Source: Octopus sinensis (Eukaryota). From it: a stretch of DNA of 50,977 nucleotides. Numbering within the stretch: position 1 is the first letter of the stretch; every line of letters starts with the position of its first letter. The notes beneath the pieces are model-generated. The model searched no databases, was not told the DNA's origin, and saw only the letters and a list, made by a program, of their open reading frames with translations. This document shows, in pieces, positions 1 to 12,647 of this stretch. The stretch lies in NCBI RefSeq assembly GCF_006345805.1, contig NW_021834178.1, positions 1 to 50,977 on the forward strand, written 5' to 3'. Both the position numbers and the translations under genes were made by a program.

Positions 1-7
1 CACACAA

Positions 8-61
<54 letters not shown>

Positions 62-450
62 TTATGCATACGAGGTGTGTGTGTATATGTACGTATATGT
101 GTACGAATATCAGTCTCTGTGTGTGAATATGTGCCTTCGTGTGTGTCTAAAAATGTCTGTATGCAATGCAGAGCTTCTCGGATATGAAGGTCACAATGGA
201 GACAAATTGATACTAGTGGGAACAGAAATATTGCGGGGGGTGACCTTTGGAATTAACAGTACAGTGATTTCATATTTCTTCGAAGCTGCCCTATTGTTTG
301 AATAATATGTTGCGACTATAGTATTAATTCGAACAGTGGTCTATATTCACAAATTGGAGCCACCCTGGCAGAGTACCAAATCAAGCCTACATTTACATCT
401 GTTTAATTCAGAAACTCGTCTCTATTCCAAACTGTTAATAAGTGCATCTC

Positions 451-489
<39 letters not shown>

Positions 490-1204
490 GTGTAGACATA
501 CATACCTACTTAGATATACCCATATATAAAAAGACAGACAAATGGATTATATGGTCTCGCTACAAAGTTGCATTAGGAGATTTTATTATGACGTAACCAC
601 GAGAATAGCAACGGACTAACTTCAATCTGACATTTGAAAGCATTTTCAGAGAAAATAGAAACTTTCATTACTTAACAATTGAGGATATCGTAGTTTTAAT
701 GCGTGGAATTTAAAAATAAATTATCAAATGAAGAACTATGTGTTTCTTTCCCGTACATACTTGATGTATTGAATGTTTTATACACTTTTATCCTAATCAG
801 ATTTATGAAAGTTCCATTATTGAAACAGTTTATAAATAGTAAATTCTTTGTTTGCATAGTTGTGGAAACTAATATATCTCCATACGTAAAGTCGGAGTTA
901 TAAACATACACATGCATTATTTCTGCTTGCTAATTCCACACAATACTTATGTGCGTGACTGTGTGACTAAGTCTTTCCATCTGTCTTTTGTAAATAACGT
1001 AAAAATATGTATTTAGACGTAAGATGTTTCGAAGACTTGCTTGACTTATTAAAATTTCGCTTGAAATACAAGTGCGTATTTCAAATAGATATTCAGGATT
1101 TCAGAGACTGTTGGGTGCATTCTTCTTTCTACAGCGGGACTCTTTAAAACCATGGGTACACTGGTTGCCGCTAGCACAGCTGGCTTGCTGTGCTCGCGTT
1201 GCCC

Positions 1205-1650
1205 AGTCTGCTAAGAGGGAGCGGCCACGTGGTTAGAATATCTGACGAACAACTTCCCAAATAGATCTTCTACTCCCAACTCAAGACGTCAAGCGTACAA
1301 AAGGAGGCCAGAAGAACGCTACAAGGACTCCCTGAAAACGAACCTCAAAAAGTGTGACATCGACTTCACTAACTGGGAGGAGGAAACGGCAAAAAACAGA
1401 CCATCTGGAAAACCACCATCCATGAGAAACGGCAACTTTCGAGTCGAAAAGGTCTGCAGAGCTGGAGGAGAAAGACGACGACGGAAGGAGCGCCAACAAC
1501 AACCACGTGCACGACTCTCTCTTCCGACACTAGATGTCCGCACTGCGACCGATCTTTTCAAGCAAGAATTGGTCTTATCGGTCACCTACGGACTCACCGG
1601 TAAATTTGCGCGAAGACCATCATCCTCGACCTTGAGGGATTGCCATCATC
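1205..1650 (+). mobile_element. RTE-clade LINE, degraded 3' fragment with C-terminal C2H2 zinc finger
   Basis: GHVVRISDEQLPK*IFYSQL, RYKDSLKTNLKKCDID and CPHCDRSFQARIGLIGHLRTHR* (stop 1601-1603), with frameshifts, followed by a short 3'UTR ending in catcatc. Confidence 0.85.
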
Positions 1651-3120
1651 ACACTGGTTAGTTGTCTGACGGTTCCACGTTTCTAGGATAACCACCTGTA
1701 ATCTATGCATGCTGCAGATTTTACGTATGGACCCCAGTGAAATACATTGTGCGAGAGTCTGCAAAGCTCAGACAGCCCTCCCCAGCGGTACCGAATGCCT
1801 GCAGTGACAATTATCACGGATGTTGTCCTCCTACTTTCTAAACAAGTATTAAATATTAACAACTCTGATATCAATATTATGGATCCCTTTTTCGAAAATT
1901 AAGCAATCCTACAACAAAAATTTTTCGGCGAAAGAATTAAATCAACAGAAAACCGCTGGATCAATGCAACAGGGATGTCCGTGAGAATAATCGACAAGAG
2001 CTGTATTCCAATGACAGAGGATAATAACTGATACGTATCAACGTGGTTATTCATTGGATAGACATAGTTATTAAGATTCGTGTTTTTAAAAATATTTTCC
2101 TATTGGACGAATATATATTACTATGTATATTTAAGCAATTATGAAGAATAAATTCAGGCTTAGCGATGGAAACAATGATGGAATTGTTTATATGAAGATA
2201 CAAGAACGGGACCCAAGCAAAACAAAATAAAATCCAAACAAAAAAAAAACAAGAAAAATTAAATACACGATAAATTAGTAAAATACAAAAGAAACAAATA
2301 AAGAAATATAAATACATAATCTTCATTTCTTTTTTCGTTTTAAAAAGGTATCATCAATGACTTAAGATCTCTTTGTATAAATAATAGTGGTAACGACAAT
2401 AATAATAACAATAATGATAATGTATACACAAATAATGATATACATATATATTCATACATATATATATATATACACATGCATATATGTATATATATATATA
2501 TACATATATATACACTCATCCATTAACATATATATATATATAATAATATATATTACATATAAGTATACATATGTGTAAATATATATATACATAAGTATAC
2601 ATATGTGTAAATATATATAAATATATATATACATATATGGATACATATGTATTTATATATACACAAATATGCATATATATGTGTGTGTGTATATATGTTT
2701 ATATATTTATATATACTTATATATTTATGTTTACATACATACATATATGTACATATCATGTATATATATATATCAAAACAGAAACAAAACAACATTGAAA
2801 ACGTAAACTTAAGGATGATATATATAATTATACAATAATATACATACACGCACACAAACACCCACACACACTCCCACATTCACACGAACGGATAATAAAG
2901 CAAGGACAACATGTAGACGATACCAAGAGTGTACGTTTCATCGAGAAGACATCTTGCTGATGCTCATACGATACGATTTGTTATGAAGTGGGAGATATCA
3001 TCACCAAAGATGGGGAAAATAAATGAGCATGATTACCGATGATCCATTAGTAAGGCTAATGAGTGGGAAAGAAAGTGGAGAGGCAAATTAATATTGTATA
3101 GTTTATAAATTAGTGGCAAT

Positions 3121-3222
3121 CTAACTTTTATTACATTCACTGCTACTTCCGTTTCCGGTTTTGAGAATGGAAGCGGGGATGTCAGACGAAGAGTATACGG
3201 AATCTATTTTTCTGTTGTAGCA
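3121..3222 (-). CDS. Candidate terminal coding exon of the iGluR (unverified)
   Basis: Acceptor ttgcctcttcag followed by phase-0 CYNRKIDSVYSSSDIPASILKTGNGSSSECNKS*, compatible with the phase-0 donor at 9299. No recognisable homology. Confidence 0.2.
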   Translation of the reverse strand, partial: CYNRKIDSVYSSSDIPASILKTGNGSSSECNKS

Positions 3223-5775
3223 CTGAAGAGGCAATTTATAATTTATTTAACAATTTACTGATCTCTATATATATATATATATATATTCTATATATATATA
3301 TATATATTATTATATATATTATATATATATATATATGAATAAATAAATAAATGGAGTTGAACGAAGATGTTAACAAAATTCCTTTACTTTCGAATATGTT
3401 TCGAAGACAACATGGTTTATTCCAAAGGAATAAACGGTGTGATGCAATCTCTCATCAGGAAAGAAAGGGAGCCTCTCTCAACAACAAGACAAAATAATAA
3501 TTACGGTATGTATATCTGTATGTATGCATGCATAAATATATGTGTGTTTCTATAGTCATGTCTATATGCATATTCGTGTATGTGTGCATATAGGTGTCAG
3601 CTTGTGAGTATATATGTATGCGTAACGATTATCTATTTATTCATTTCTTATGCTGTGCTAGATACAAAAATAAATTATATGTAAATGGATACAGAACAAA
3701 TATATCCAGGGATATTTCTCGTCGATCATTGATCCTGCATTTTGGGGAATATTTATATCAGTTATCGATATTTCACCAAAATTGTGTATATGTGTATCAT
3801 TTTCCTCATACGTTATCAATCAAAGATAAACTATAAGAGGATGCACTTTCCGAAGTAGTCTTGCAGTAGGTTCAGCCCTGGATACGAACCTCTCAGACAC
3901 TCTGCCACACCAGTAATAATCATGGATCGACCTAGTTATATATTCACCGGTAAATACTGACTTTAATAGGATTCTATAACCGAGGTTTGTGTTTCATGAA
4001 AACATCGAAGATGTAGAATATATGAGTGTTCGTGAGTGAGTCCGCGGGTGTATGCGTACGCGTGTATATATATATATATATATATATGATATATATATAT
4101 ATATATATATTATATGTCACATATACATACTTATACCTATATATATATACATACATACATATATTGCATAAGTATATTATATGCTATATCCTAAAATCTG
4201 TTTTCTCTATTCAAGTGGTAGAAAATGGTGTAAGAACATTGCCCATAATATTTTATAGTTAGCGTGAAAACATTTAATGCAGATATCATAAAAAGCTAAC
4301 TTCACTATTTTATTTGGAGCAACATACTGTCTTCACTATGTCGGAGCCAGTTTCACCCCATAAAAATTAACCTTTGTAGAGTTGTACAGTATTTTGATTT
4401 TCCACGAGAACTGGGCAGTCTAATGTCTCAGGGACACTTTTTTATTTCTTTATTGCGAGAAAAACTGAGAATGCTCTGTTTCATCAGCAAGTACGGCGAA
4501 GCCTATAATTTACTATGTTTTATCGAACCAAAACAACTTCCTCTCTCAAAATAACACTAAAATTTGACTAATTTTTCAGAGTTGGTAAAATAGCTACCCG
4601 TTGAGCACTGGTTTCGATGTAATCAATTTGTCCCTTCTTCCGAAATTGCTAAAATTTGATATTAATATTTGAATAATTTTGCTTGGATGATTTTATCCTA
4701 AGCTCATCAAATTTTCTGTGTTAGCCTTAAATATGTTAAATTGAATTTAAATTATCAAAAAGTGTAGTCAATCAATTGCGATACAGAACGCTTATGGAAA
4801 ATATATTCTTCTGTTAATCAACCTAATCGTCATGGCCATAAACTGGTATCAAAGTAATACACCTATTACAATTGATTCGAGCACAATTGAGACAGTCGCC
4901 ATTAAATGTTGTTTCATACAGACGCGATTTTACGGCTCGGGTATATATTCGTAATACAATTCCAATATGATATTATTTGATATCATATTGGAATTCAATA
5001 TGATATTGAAATTCTCTATCATTCAATATGATATCAATTGTATCATTCTGTATCGTCAAGGAAACGCTGTCTTGAAAGAACTCCAGGCAATAACTGAGCG
5101 AGCCACACATTCGATATGGCTGAGAACTAATGAGACCAGACCCGAGAGGTGATGTATAGGTGTGATGTATCTATTTGCTTATAAAGTAAATCAGACTTGC
5201 ACGATTTCATAATTTGAATGTTGGTGATGATGCGATATGGAGATAAGGTCGAATAAATCAGTCGATCTAGTTGGTAAGGGGTTTCAGGGGGGAAACACCC
5301 GAAAAGAAGCGCATTCTCTCCTGATGATCCCTGAAACGTACTTGTGTCCCATGTGTGGTATTTTCGACTGACTACATTTGACATGCAATCTCTTAAAATT
5401 TATATAGAAAAATAATTGTGCTTTTCGATAATTTAATTTATTGCTTGGGTATAATTATAGTCGCGTACGTATGAATTTTTTATGCAAACAAATTATTGAG
5501 AGTGATTAGTAAAGTGGATTCAGATAATGTAGATATAGAATAACGTGCTTACATATGAGATATATATTTAATTTAAATGATGTGAAATATTCAATGAGAG
5601 AAATACTAACGTAGAACATCCGGGAAATATGAACAGATAAATTCTCAATGGCACTTAATACAAAGCAGCTGCTTAAATTCTTGACAAGATAAATGCAATT
5701 GTAACGAACGAACATAAATGTCGATGCAAGTACCCTTTTTCTTTGAGCCCGATATATACGTGTGTGTGTATGTGG

Positions 5776-5819
<44 letters not shown>

Positions 5820-5823
5820 ATGT

Positions 5824-5999
5824 GGAGGCGCAATGGCCCAGTGGTTAGGGCAGCGGACACCCGCTCGGAGGATCGGGCGATGTGTGCGCTTATTGAGCGA
5901 AAACACGTAAAAGCTCCTCGAGGCTGCGGCAGTGGGTGCTCACGACCCCTGTTGTAATCTTTTGCCACAATTTTCTCTTACTCTCTCTTCCTGTTTCTA
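5824..5999 (+). mobile_element. tRNA-derived SINE family A, 5' part
   Basis: GGAGGCGCAATGGCCCAGTGGTTAGGG A-box head and body homologous to copies at 18334, 34675 and 36544; B-box region deleted. Confidence 0.85.
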
Positions 6000-6530
6000 T
6001 ATTCCGCTGCGATGGAATATAGAAATATAGGAAATAGAAATAGCTTTGGAGCTAATCAACAGTGGTATTAGTCCTATATTTCTGGACTGCCATATTTCCT
6101 TGGCGATAACTATTAATATCCAGTACCACTGCCGTAGTTTTCTTTTATATATATATTTCTGGTCAGTAGAGTTTTCGATCATGTACCTACGGGATCGTAT
6201 TTTTTCTGCCCCTTCCAATCTCCTATACCCTTCTCCTTTTCCTCAGTTCTGGAATTTCATCTACATATCTGACAGAGGACAGCACCCAAAGTATCGTAGT
6301 TTTAGTTTTAATTTCACCCCAAATCATACGTCGAGCACTAAGCGAATGATTCACTGAACGTAAACATGTCTTTACGAATTTATATGCATGTGTGTGCGTG
6401 TGCGTGTGTATATATATGTATGTGTGTAACTGTTTCTGTGTGTGAGTGTGTGTATGAACTAACAGACAGATGAACTGTGTTTAATATACACTAAAGGACA
6501 TTGAAAAGTATGAATACATACATACATATA

Positions 6531-6569
<39 letters not shown>

Positions 6570-6899
6570 CGTATGTGAATGAGTGAGTAAGATAATGCAT
6601 AAATGCACATCAAGTCATACCTTTTATATATTATATCCACATCACTCTCCATAAGTAATGATGTTTGGTTTCATTAAATCACGCATATAAATTGCATATT
6701 CAGATTAGCTTTAAATTCAAACGCATACGTCAAACCCCTACCGAATGTAAGAAATGCTGAGCATGTATTTCGTGAAAATACAGACACTTTTTTTTTTTTG
6801 CATATGGGCATTCAAATTTCCATTTATCTATTCAGTAAGCGATATTATAACTTGTCAAGTTTAAAAAGTGAAGCCCGTATTTGCATATTTTCCGTCTTG

Positions 6900-6944
<45 letters not shown>

Positions 6945-7163
6945 AGAGAGAAGAGTGATATAGATATATATACACGTGTATATATATATATATATATATA
7001 TATACACGTGTATATATATATATATATAGATATATATATATATACATATATATACATGCCTACACATTATATATACACATACATATATGCAAATATATAT
7101 ATATATATGTATATACAGAAGCACATGTACGTTTCATATGTCTGTAGATAAATAGACACACAA

Positions 7164-7209
<46 letters not shown>

Positions 7210-7439
7210 TGATATATAGTTATACATAGATATGTACATGCGTGTTTGTACTACGTTCGTGTGTGTTTATATGAAAAAAATATTACATATTTAGCTATTG
7301 ACAACATAGTTGAGTTTAGGTATGCTGATTTTTGCTAATGTGCAACCTGAATGTCCTATGGCACTGTCGGCTTCTATAGTAGCCTCCTCTGGTTAACATT
7401 GTAACGTCTGTGACCTGGACGAAACGTTCGTATCCTATG

Positions 7440-7482
7440 CAGAGGTTGAAAACGGTGTCCCCCACACCGTTTTCAACCTCTG
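7440..7482. repeat. Perfect 19-bp inverted repeat with 5-nt C loop
   Basis: cagaggttgaaaacggtgt-ccccc-acaccgttttcaacctctg. Confidence 0.95.
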
Positions 7483-7920
7483 GTTTTAACTCCTCACGTT
7501 ACGCTACAAAGTTATTTGATTTGTTATTGTCATACTGCACGCAGAAGAGAAGTGTGGAAAAATTTTATTGTAACAAAACATCAGGGTTTTACGAAAATAC
7601 GTCCTAATTCCCTATTATTCTATTTTTTTTTTCGATTTTAATGAGCTATACTCATTATACCGTGTACCTTAAATGCTTTGTAGAATGTTCTAACAATACA
7701 CATGCATTTGGGTGATGTGTAAATATTGAGATATTTGCCTTTCTTTCTATGTTACTTATTTCATACATGTTTCTGATCAATTGTCAAAAGTATTGGTTCC
7801 CATTGCATGTAATTTTATTATTAACGCTAATGTTCCTACAAACACAACGTTAACCGCATATGAGACCATATGCCGTCATTCAATGTAACAATGTCACTCA
7901 AAAATCTAGCCCATAGTATA

Positions 7921-7930
7921 GATATGTATG

Positions 7931-7966
<36 letters not shown>

Positions 7967-8162
7967 CATACACACACATATATATATATACATACACACA
8001 CATATATATATATACATACACCACACATATATATATACATACACACACATATATATATATTATATACATACATCTATATAACATACATACTATATATATA
8101 TATATAATACACACATACCTACATACATATATATATTATACACACATATATATACAACATAC

Positions 8163-8193
<31 letters not shown>

Positions 8194-8583
8194 CATATTA
8201 TATATATCCATACATATATATATATACATACATATACGTATATACACATAGACATATATATATATACATAGACATCTATATTAAATGTGTGTGATGTATG
8301 TATGTGTGTATATATATTATATATATATATATATATATAATATATTTAGTATATAATATAATATATATATGTATAGATATATATATATCTATATATATAT
8401 AATAATATATCTAGATATATATATATAGATATGATGTATATTATATATATATACTAGATATATATCTAATATATATAAGGTATATAGATATATATAATAT
8501 ATATATATATATATGTAAAATATATAATATATATAATATATATCATATATATGTATAATATATATATGATATAGATATATATG

Positions 8584-8619
<36 letters not shown>

Positions 8620-8719
8620 ACTATATATATTATATATGTATATATATAGTATATATATGTATATATATATGTATATATGTATATATATATATTAATGTTA
8701 TATATATACTGTATATATG

Positions 8720-8759
<40 letters not shown>

Positions 8760-8769
8760 GTAGCTATAT

Positions 8770-8845
<76 letters not shown>

Positions 8846-8898
8846 ATATGTATATATATATGTATATATATGTATATATATATATATCTATATAATGT

Positions 8899-8936
<38 letters not shown>

Positions 8937-9087
8937 ATATAGTATATATATATGTTATATATATATATATATATGTATAATATATATATATAATATTTAT
9001 ATAATATATAATATATATGTAATATATCTATATATATTATGTATATATATATATTATATATATGTATATATATATATATAATATCTG

Positions 9088-9123
<36 letters not shown>

Positions 9124-9244
9124 ATTATATATGTATATATATATATATATATATGTATATAATATATATATATATATGTCTATATGTAATATATAATATA
9201 TTATATTGTATATATATATATATGTATGTATGTATGTATGTATA
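7921..9244. repeat. About 1.3 kb degenerate (AT)n/(ATAC)n simple-repeat tract
   Basis: Near-continuous TA dinucleotide and TACA variants, ending about 55 nt from the M4 exon donor. Confidence 0.95.
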
Positions 9245-9298
9245 TCATAATCATCATCGTCACAAAAATATATCAATTAGTCTTTAGCAAACTCTTAC

Positions 9299-9564
9299 CT
9301 TGTCAATTCTGGAATTTCTCCATGACTTCCACAAGAATTCAAAAATAGCCATAATTGTGCCAGCGACCACTCCGGCCATAAGCACCACGAAAACGCCTCC
9401 AACGTTCTGAAGGCCTAGCTCGTTCGCGTTTTGCTTTCCTTTGGACTCATTGTCACACTTATTAGCTGCTTTTTCTTTCCACCATTTGGTGTAAAGCTTG
9501 CTAATTTCTTGTCTTTCTTGAAGAAATAATATTTTCTCTGAGATCATATCCCGATAAGGAGATC
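9299..9564 (-). CDS. GRIK2-like: Kainate-type iGluR: end of S2, M4 helix and start of C-tail
   Basis: (G)SPYRDMISEKILFLQERQEISKLYTKWWKEKAANKCDNESKGKQNANELGLQNVGGVFVVLMAGVVAGTIMAIFEFLWKSWRNSRIDK. Acceptor tttaaacag, donor AAG|gtaaga; 266 nt, phase 1 to 0. GSPYRD and LGLQNVGGVF are kainate-like motifs. Confidence 0.97.
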
Positions 9565-9802
9565 CTGTTTAAAATATAACAAAACAAAGACACAATAATT
9601 TTTTGCAACGTAACAAAAGCAAAAGCGTTTATCTTGGGCTAAACTGTTATACACTAGAATTACGTAACTGACAAAACTGTTCACCAAAATCGGAATTTGA
9701 ATCAAAAGGAGGCTTACTACACCAAGAATGATGGAGCGAGATTATTGTCAAAAAGTGCTGAAAGGTATACAGTCTCGAAGAATAATTTTAATATAATAGA
9801 TT

Positions 9803-10006
9803 CGTATGTATGTATGTATGTATGGTATGTATGTATGATGTATTATGTATGTATGTATGTATGTATGTATGTATGTATGTATGTATGTATTATGTATGTA
9901 TGTATGTATGTATGTATGTATTTATGTATGTCTGTATTATGTATGTATGTATGTATGTATATGTATGTATGTATGTATGTATGTGTGTTGTGTGGTGTGT
10001 GTGTGT

Positions 10007-10045
<39 letters not shown>

Positions 10046-10176
10046 TGTGTGTTTGTGTGTGTGTGTGTGTGGTGTTGGTGCGTGCATGTATGTATGTATG
10101 TATGGATGTATGTGTGTGTGTGTGTATGCATGCATGTATGCATGCATGTATGCATGTATGCATGCATGCATGCATG
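9803..10176. repeat. Compound microsatellite (TATG)n-(TG)n-(CATG)n
   Basis: Read directly; explains the MYVC and HTHT ORFs. Confidence 0.95.
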
Positions 10177-10476
10177 GGCACAGGAGTGGCTGTGCGGTAA
10201 TTAGCTTGCTCACGAACCACATTGATCCGTGTTCAGTCCCACTGCGTGGCACCATGGGCAAGTGTCTTCTACTATAGCCTCGGGTCAACTAAAAATCTTC
10301 TGAGTGGATTTGGTAGACGGAAACTGAAAGAAACCCGTCGTATATATGCATATATATATATATATGTGTGTGTCTGTGTCTGTGTCCTCCTGCATCGCTT
10401 GACAACCTTAACGATTCGGCAAAAGAGACCGATAGAATATGTACTAGGCTTACAAAGAAAAAGTCCTGGGGTCGAT
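10177..10476 (+). mobile_element. tRNA-derived SINE family B, 3'-truncated
   Basis: ggagtggctgtg head, gggcaagtgtcttctactatagcc, gtagacggaaactgaaag and internal (TA)(TG) microsatellite; about 9 homologous copies in the window. Confidence 0.92.
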
Positions 10477-10626
10477 AAACTAGGATAAACTGATAAACTA
10501 GGATAATTTATACCATTATTCTTTCATTTATTGATTACTTTCACCAAATTTTGTTGTAATTACAGAAAGGAACACACAGGTATATATAAACATATGATAG
10601 TAAATTATAATCCATATATTTATTCG

Positions 10627-10946
10627 GAAATATTAAATTTCTAAATATCTCATAGAGATATATGCGGTGGTGGAGCGATAGAGTGGTTGTATACTGTCAA
10701 CTTAATGTGACAGTCCCGTAAAGGGAATTACACCACCGCTATTTAGCCCTAGGAAGCATCGACGCTTCCTCTCAGCCTTGACACATTTCATGTGTCCTTA
10801 TATATTTACGAAGGGGAGACAAACACCCCCAACAGCTAGGTATGCATCTAGAGACATGCATGTTTCTGGGTCTTGCCCATCATCAGTCTAGAGTAGCAGA
10901 GGCCTGCTAGTTGAAGATATGTGTCTAGACTCGTAAATATATATAG

Positions 10947-10990
<44 letters not shown>

Positions 10991-11105
10991 GTGAAGTTTA
11001 TTCACTGATCACCAAAATCAGAAATATTAAATTTCTAAATATCTCATAGAGATATGTGCGGTGGTGTGAGCGACAGAGTGGTTGCATACTATCAACTTAA
11101 TGTGA
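10627..11105 (-). mobile_element. Hammerhead-bearing 1.2-mer repeat (retrozyme or Penelope pseudo-LTR-like)
   Basis: 84/85-bp direct repeats at 10627-10710 and 11021-11105 (4 substitutions, 1 indel) give a 394-bp period. The unit contains the hammerhead, several hairpins and an (AT)n tract. Confidence 0.65.
10847..10892 (-). ncRNA. Minimal type I hammerhead ribozyme
   Basis: Minus strand: UCUAGA-CUGAUGA-UGGG caaga CCCA-GAAA-CA ugca UG-UC-UCUAGA. Helix I 6 bp, complete core, helix II 4 bp, short helix III with palindromic UGCA loop, GUC cleavage triplet. Confidence 0.85.
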
Positions 11106-11751
11106 ATTAGAGAGATACATCGGACAAATACTTCTTTAGAATGTGACTTGAAATGAGACCTTATTGAAATTTAAAAACTTCGCAATAGTAATGTCATATC
11201 TACGCATTTAAGAAACAGTAATAAATGTTATATTGACTTTATGATTGTTTCATTTTACAATTGTCTAATATGGACAGTGAATATTTTATCGCTCTGACGT
11301 AAATTGTCCCTGGGGGATTCCGAAAATAATAATCTTAGAGATAAATATATTTATTGAGTACGTAGTAGGATAGTTTCAGAGGTGGTATAGATGACTGGCT
11401 GGATTTCCATATCTTATTATTATACTGAGACGGGATGAATTACAAAAGCGAAGACGTCTCAAAACAAAGAGTAAAAAAAGTGACGTAAATTACATATAGA
11501 AGTAAACACTTGGCCAAGGTGCGCATACTAGAACCGAACCCAAAACCACATGGTTGCAAGGTAAGCCTCTTATCCACACAGCCATAGGATAAACTATTCG
11601 TTGCATCGAACTTAAATGAAAGGCATATAAAACTTAATTTCCATTTGAGTATTAATGAAAGGGGGTGCAAAACCAGTATTGTGGGTTAGTGTTGCGAATG
11701 ACAGATGTAAATTGTCACATCGTGGACAAAATCCTTCAACGGACAATCTGT

Positions 11752-12060
11752 GGAGGCACATGGCTTAGTGGTTCGAGCAGCAGACTCGCGGTCGATGGAT
11801 CGCGGGTTCGAATCTCAGACCGGGCGATGTCTGTGTTTATGAGCGAAACACCTAAGCTCCAAGCGGCTCCGGCCTCAAAGGTAATGACTAACATCTGCTG
11901 ACTCTTTCGCCACAACTTTCTCTCACTCTTTCCTTCATGCATCATGCAGCTCACCTGCGACGGACCGGCGTCCCGTCCAGGAGGGGAACCTACACGCCGC
12001 CAAGGAAACTGGGAATCCGGCCCTAATGAGCCAGGCATGGCTCGAGAAGGAACAAACAAA
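11752..12060 (+). mobile_element. SINE with family A-type head and a distinct 3' half
   Basis: A box and GGTTCGAATCTC B box, homologous to family A up to ctctcactctt, then gcagctcacctgcgacggaccggcgtcccgtccagg...aacaaacaaa. Confidence 0.85.
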
Positions 12061-12605
12061 ACGGACCATCTCAAATGCAGCATAATTGCATCCGTGACAA
12101 GGTTGCAAAACTGCGATTGAATATTTCACAATTCAATGACGTATTTCTAATTGCCAATAAATTTCCTCCACAATATAATTGTTTAATATTTTCATTTACC
12201 TATATATTCTTTAATTTTTATTCTGTTCAGTTTTGAATCAATATGCTAATGTAATTTTGTAACACTTTAATTATTCATAAAAAATTGCGTTAATTCAAAT
12301 ACTAATTAGCTGGCAATAACAGGTGTTGAATTAAATAAACAACAACCTTATTTGATTAATTTGCATGAAATTCCTTGAGGGCCATAACCTTTGATACGGC
12401 GTAAGTCAGAAACCCAAAGCGGTTCTTAGTGAATATCCATTTGATATTCTTATACACGAAGCAAAGGAGTAGCTATAGCCTTTCTAGATACTTTCGCTTC
12501 TTTTGCCGTGAGATAGGTTTATATCAATTGATGAATAAAGTATCTACATGCAGTATATATATATATGTGTGTGTGTGTCTGTATGCATGTGTGTATGTAT
12601 GTATA

Positions 12606-12641
<36 letters not shown>

Positions 12642-12647
12642 TGTATA

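Noticed and set aside
3440-4500. Minus-strand CTGATGA hits at about 3452 and 4481 (also 37157)
   Set aside because: None is followed by stem II plus GAAA.
5127-5332. Alternative phase-0 terminal exon candidate (GSSGENALLFGC...)
   Set aside because: Weak polypyrimidine tract and no similarity to receptor tails.
5321-5345. CTGATGA-tccct-GAAA hammerhead-like string
   Set aside because: No helix II, no UH triplet in register and no helix I.
7405-7435. ctgtga-cctggac-gaaacgtt next to the perfect hairpin
   Set aside because: The core lacks a base, and neither helix I nor helix II pairs.
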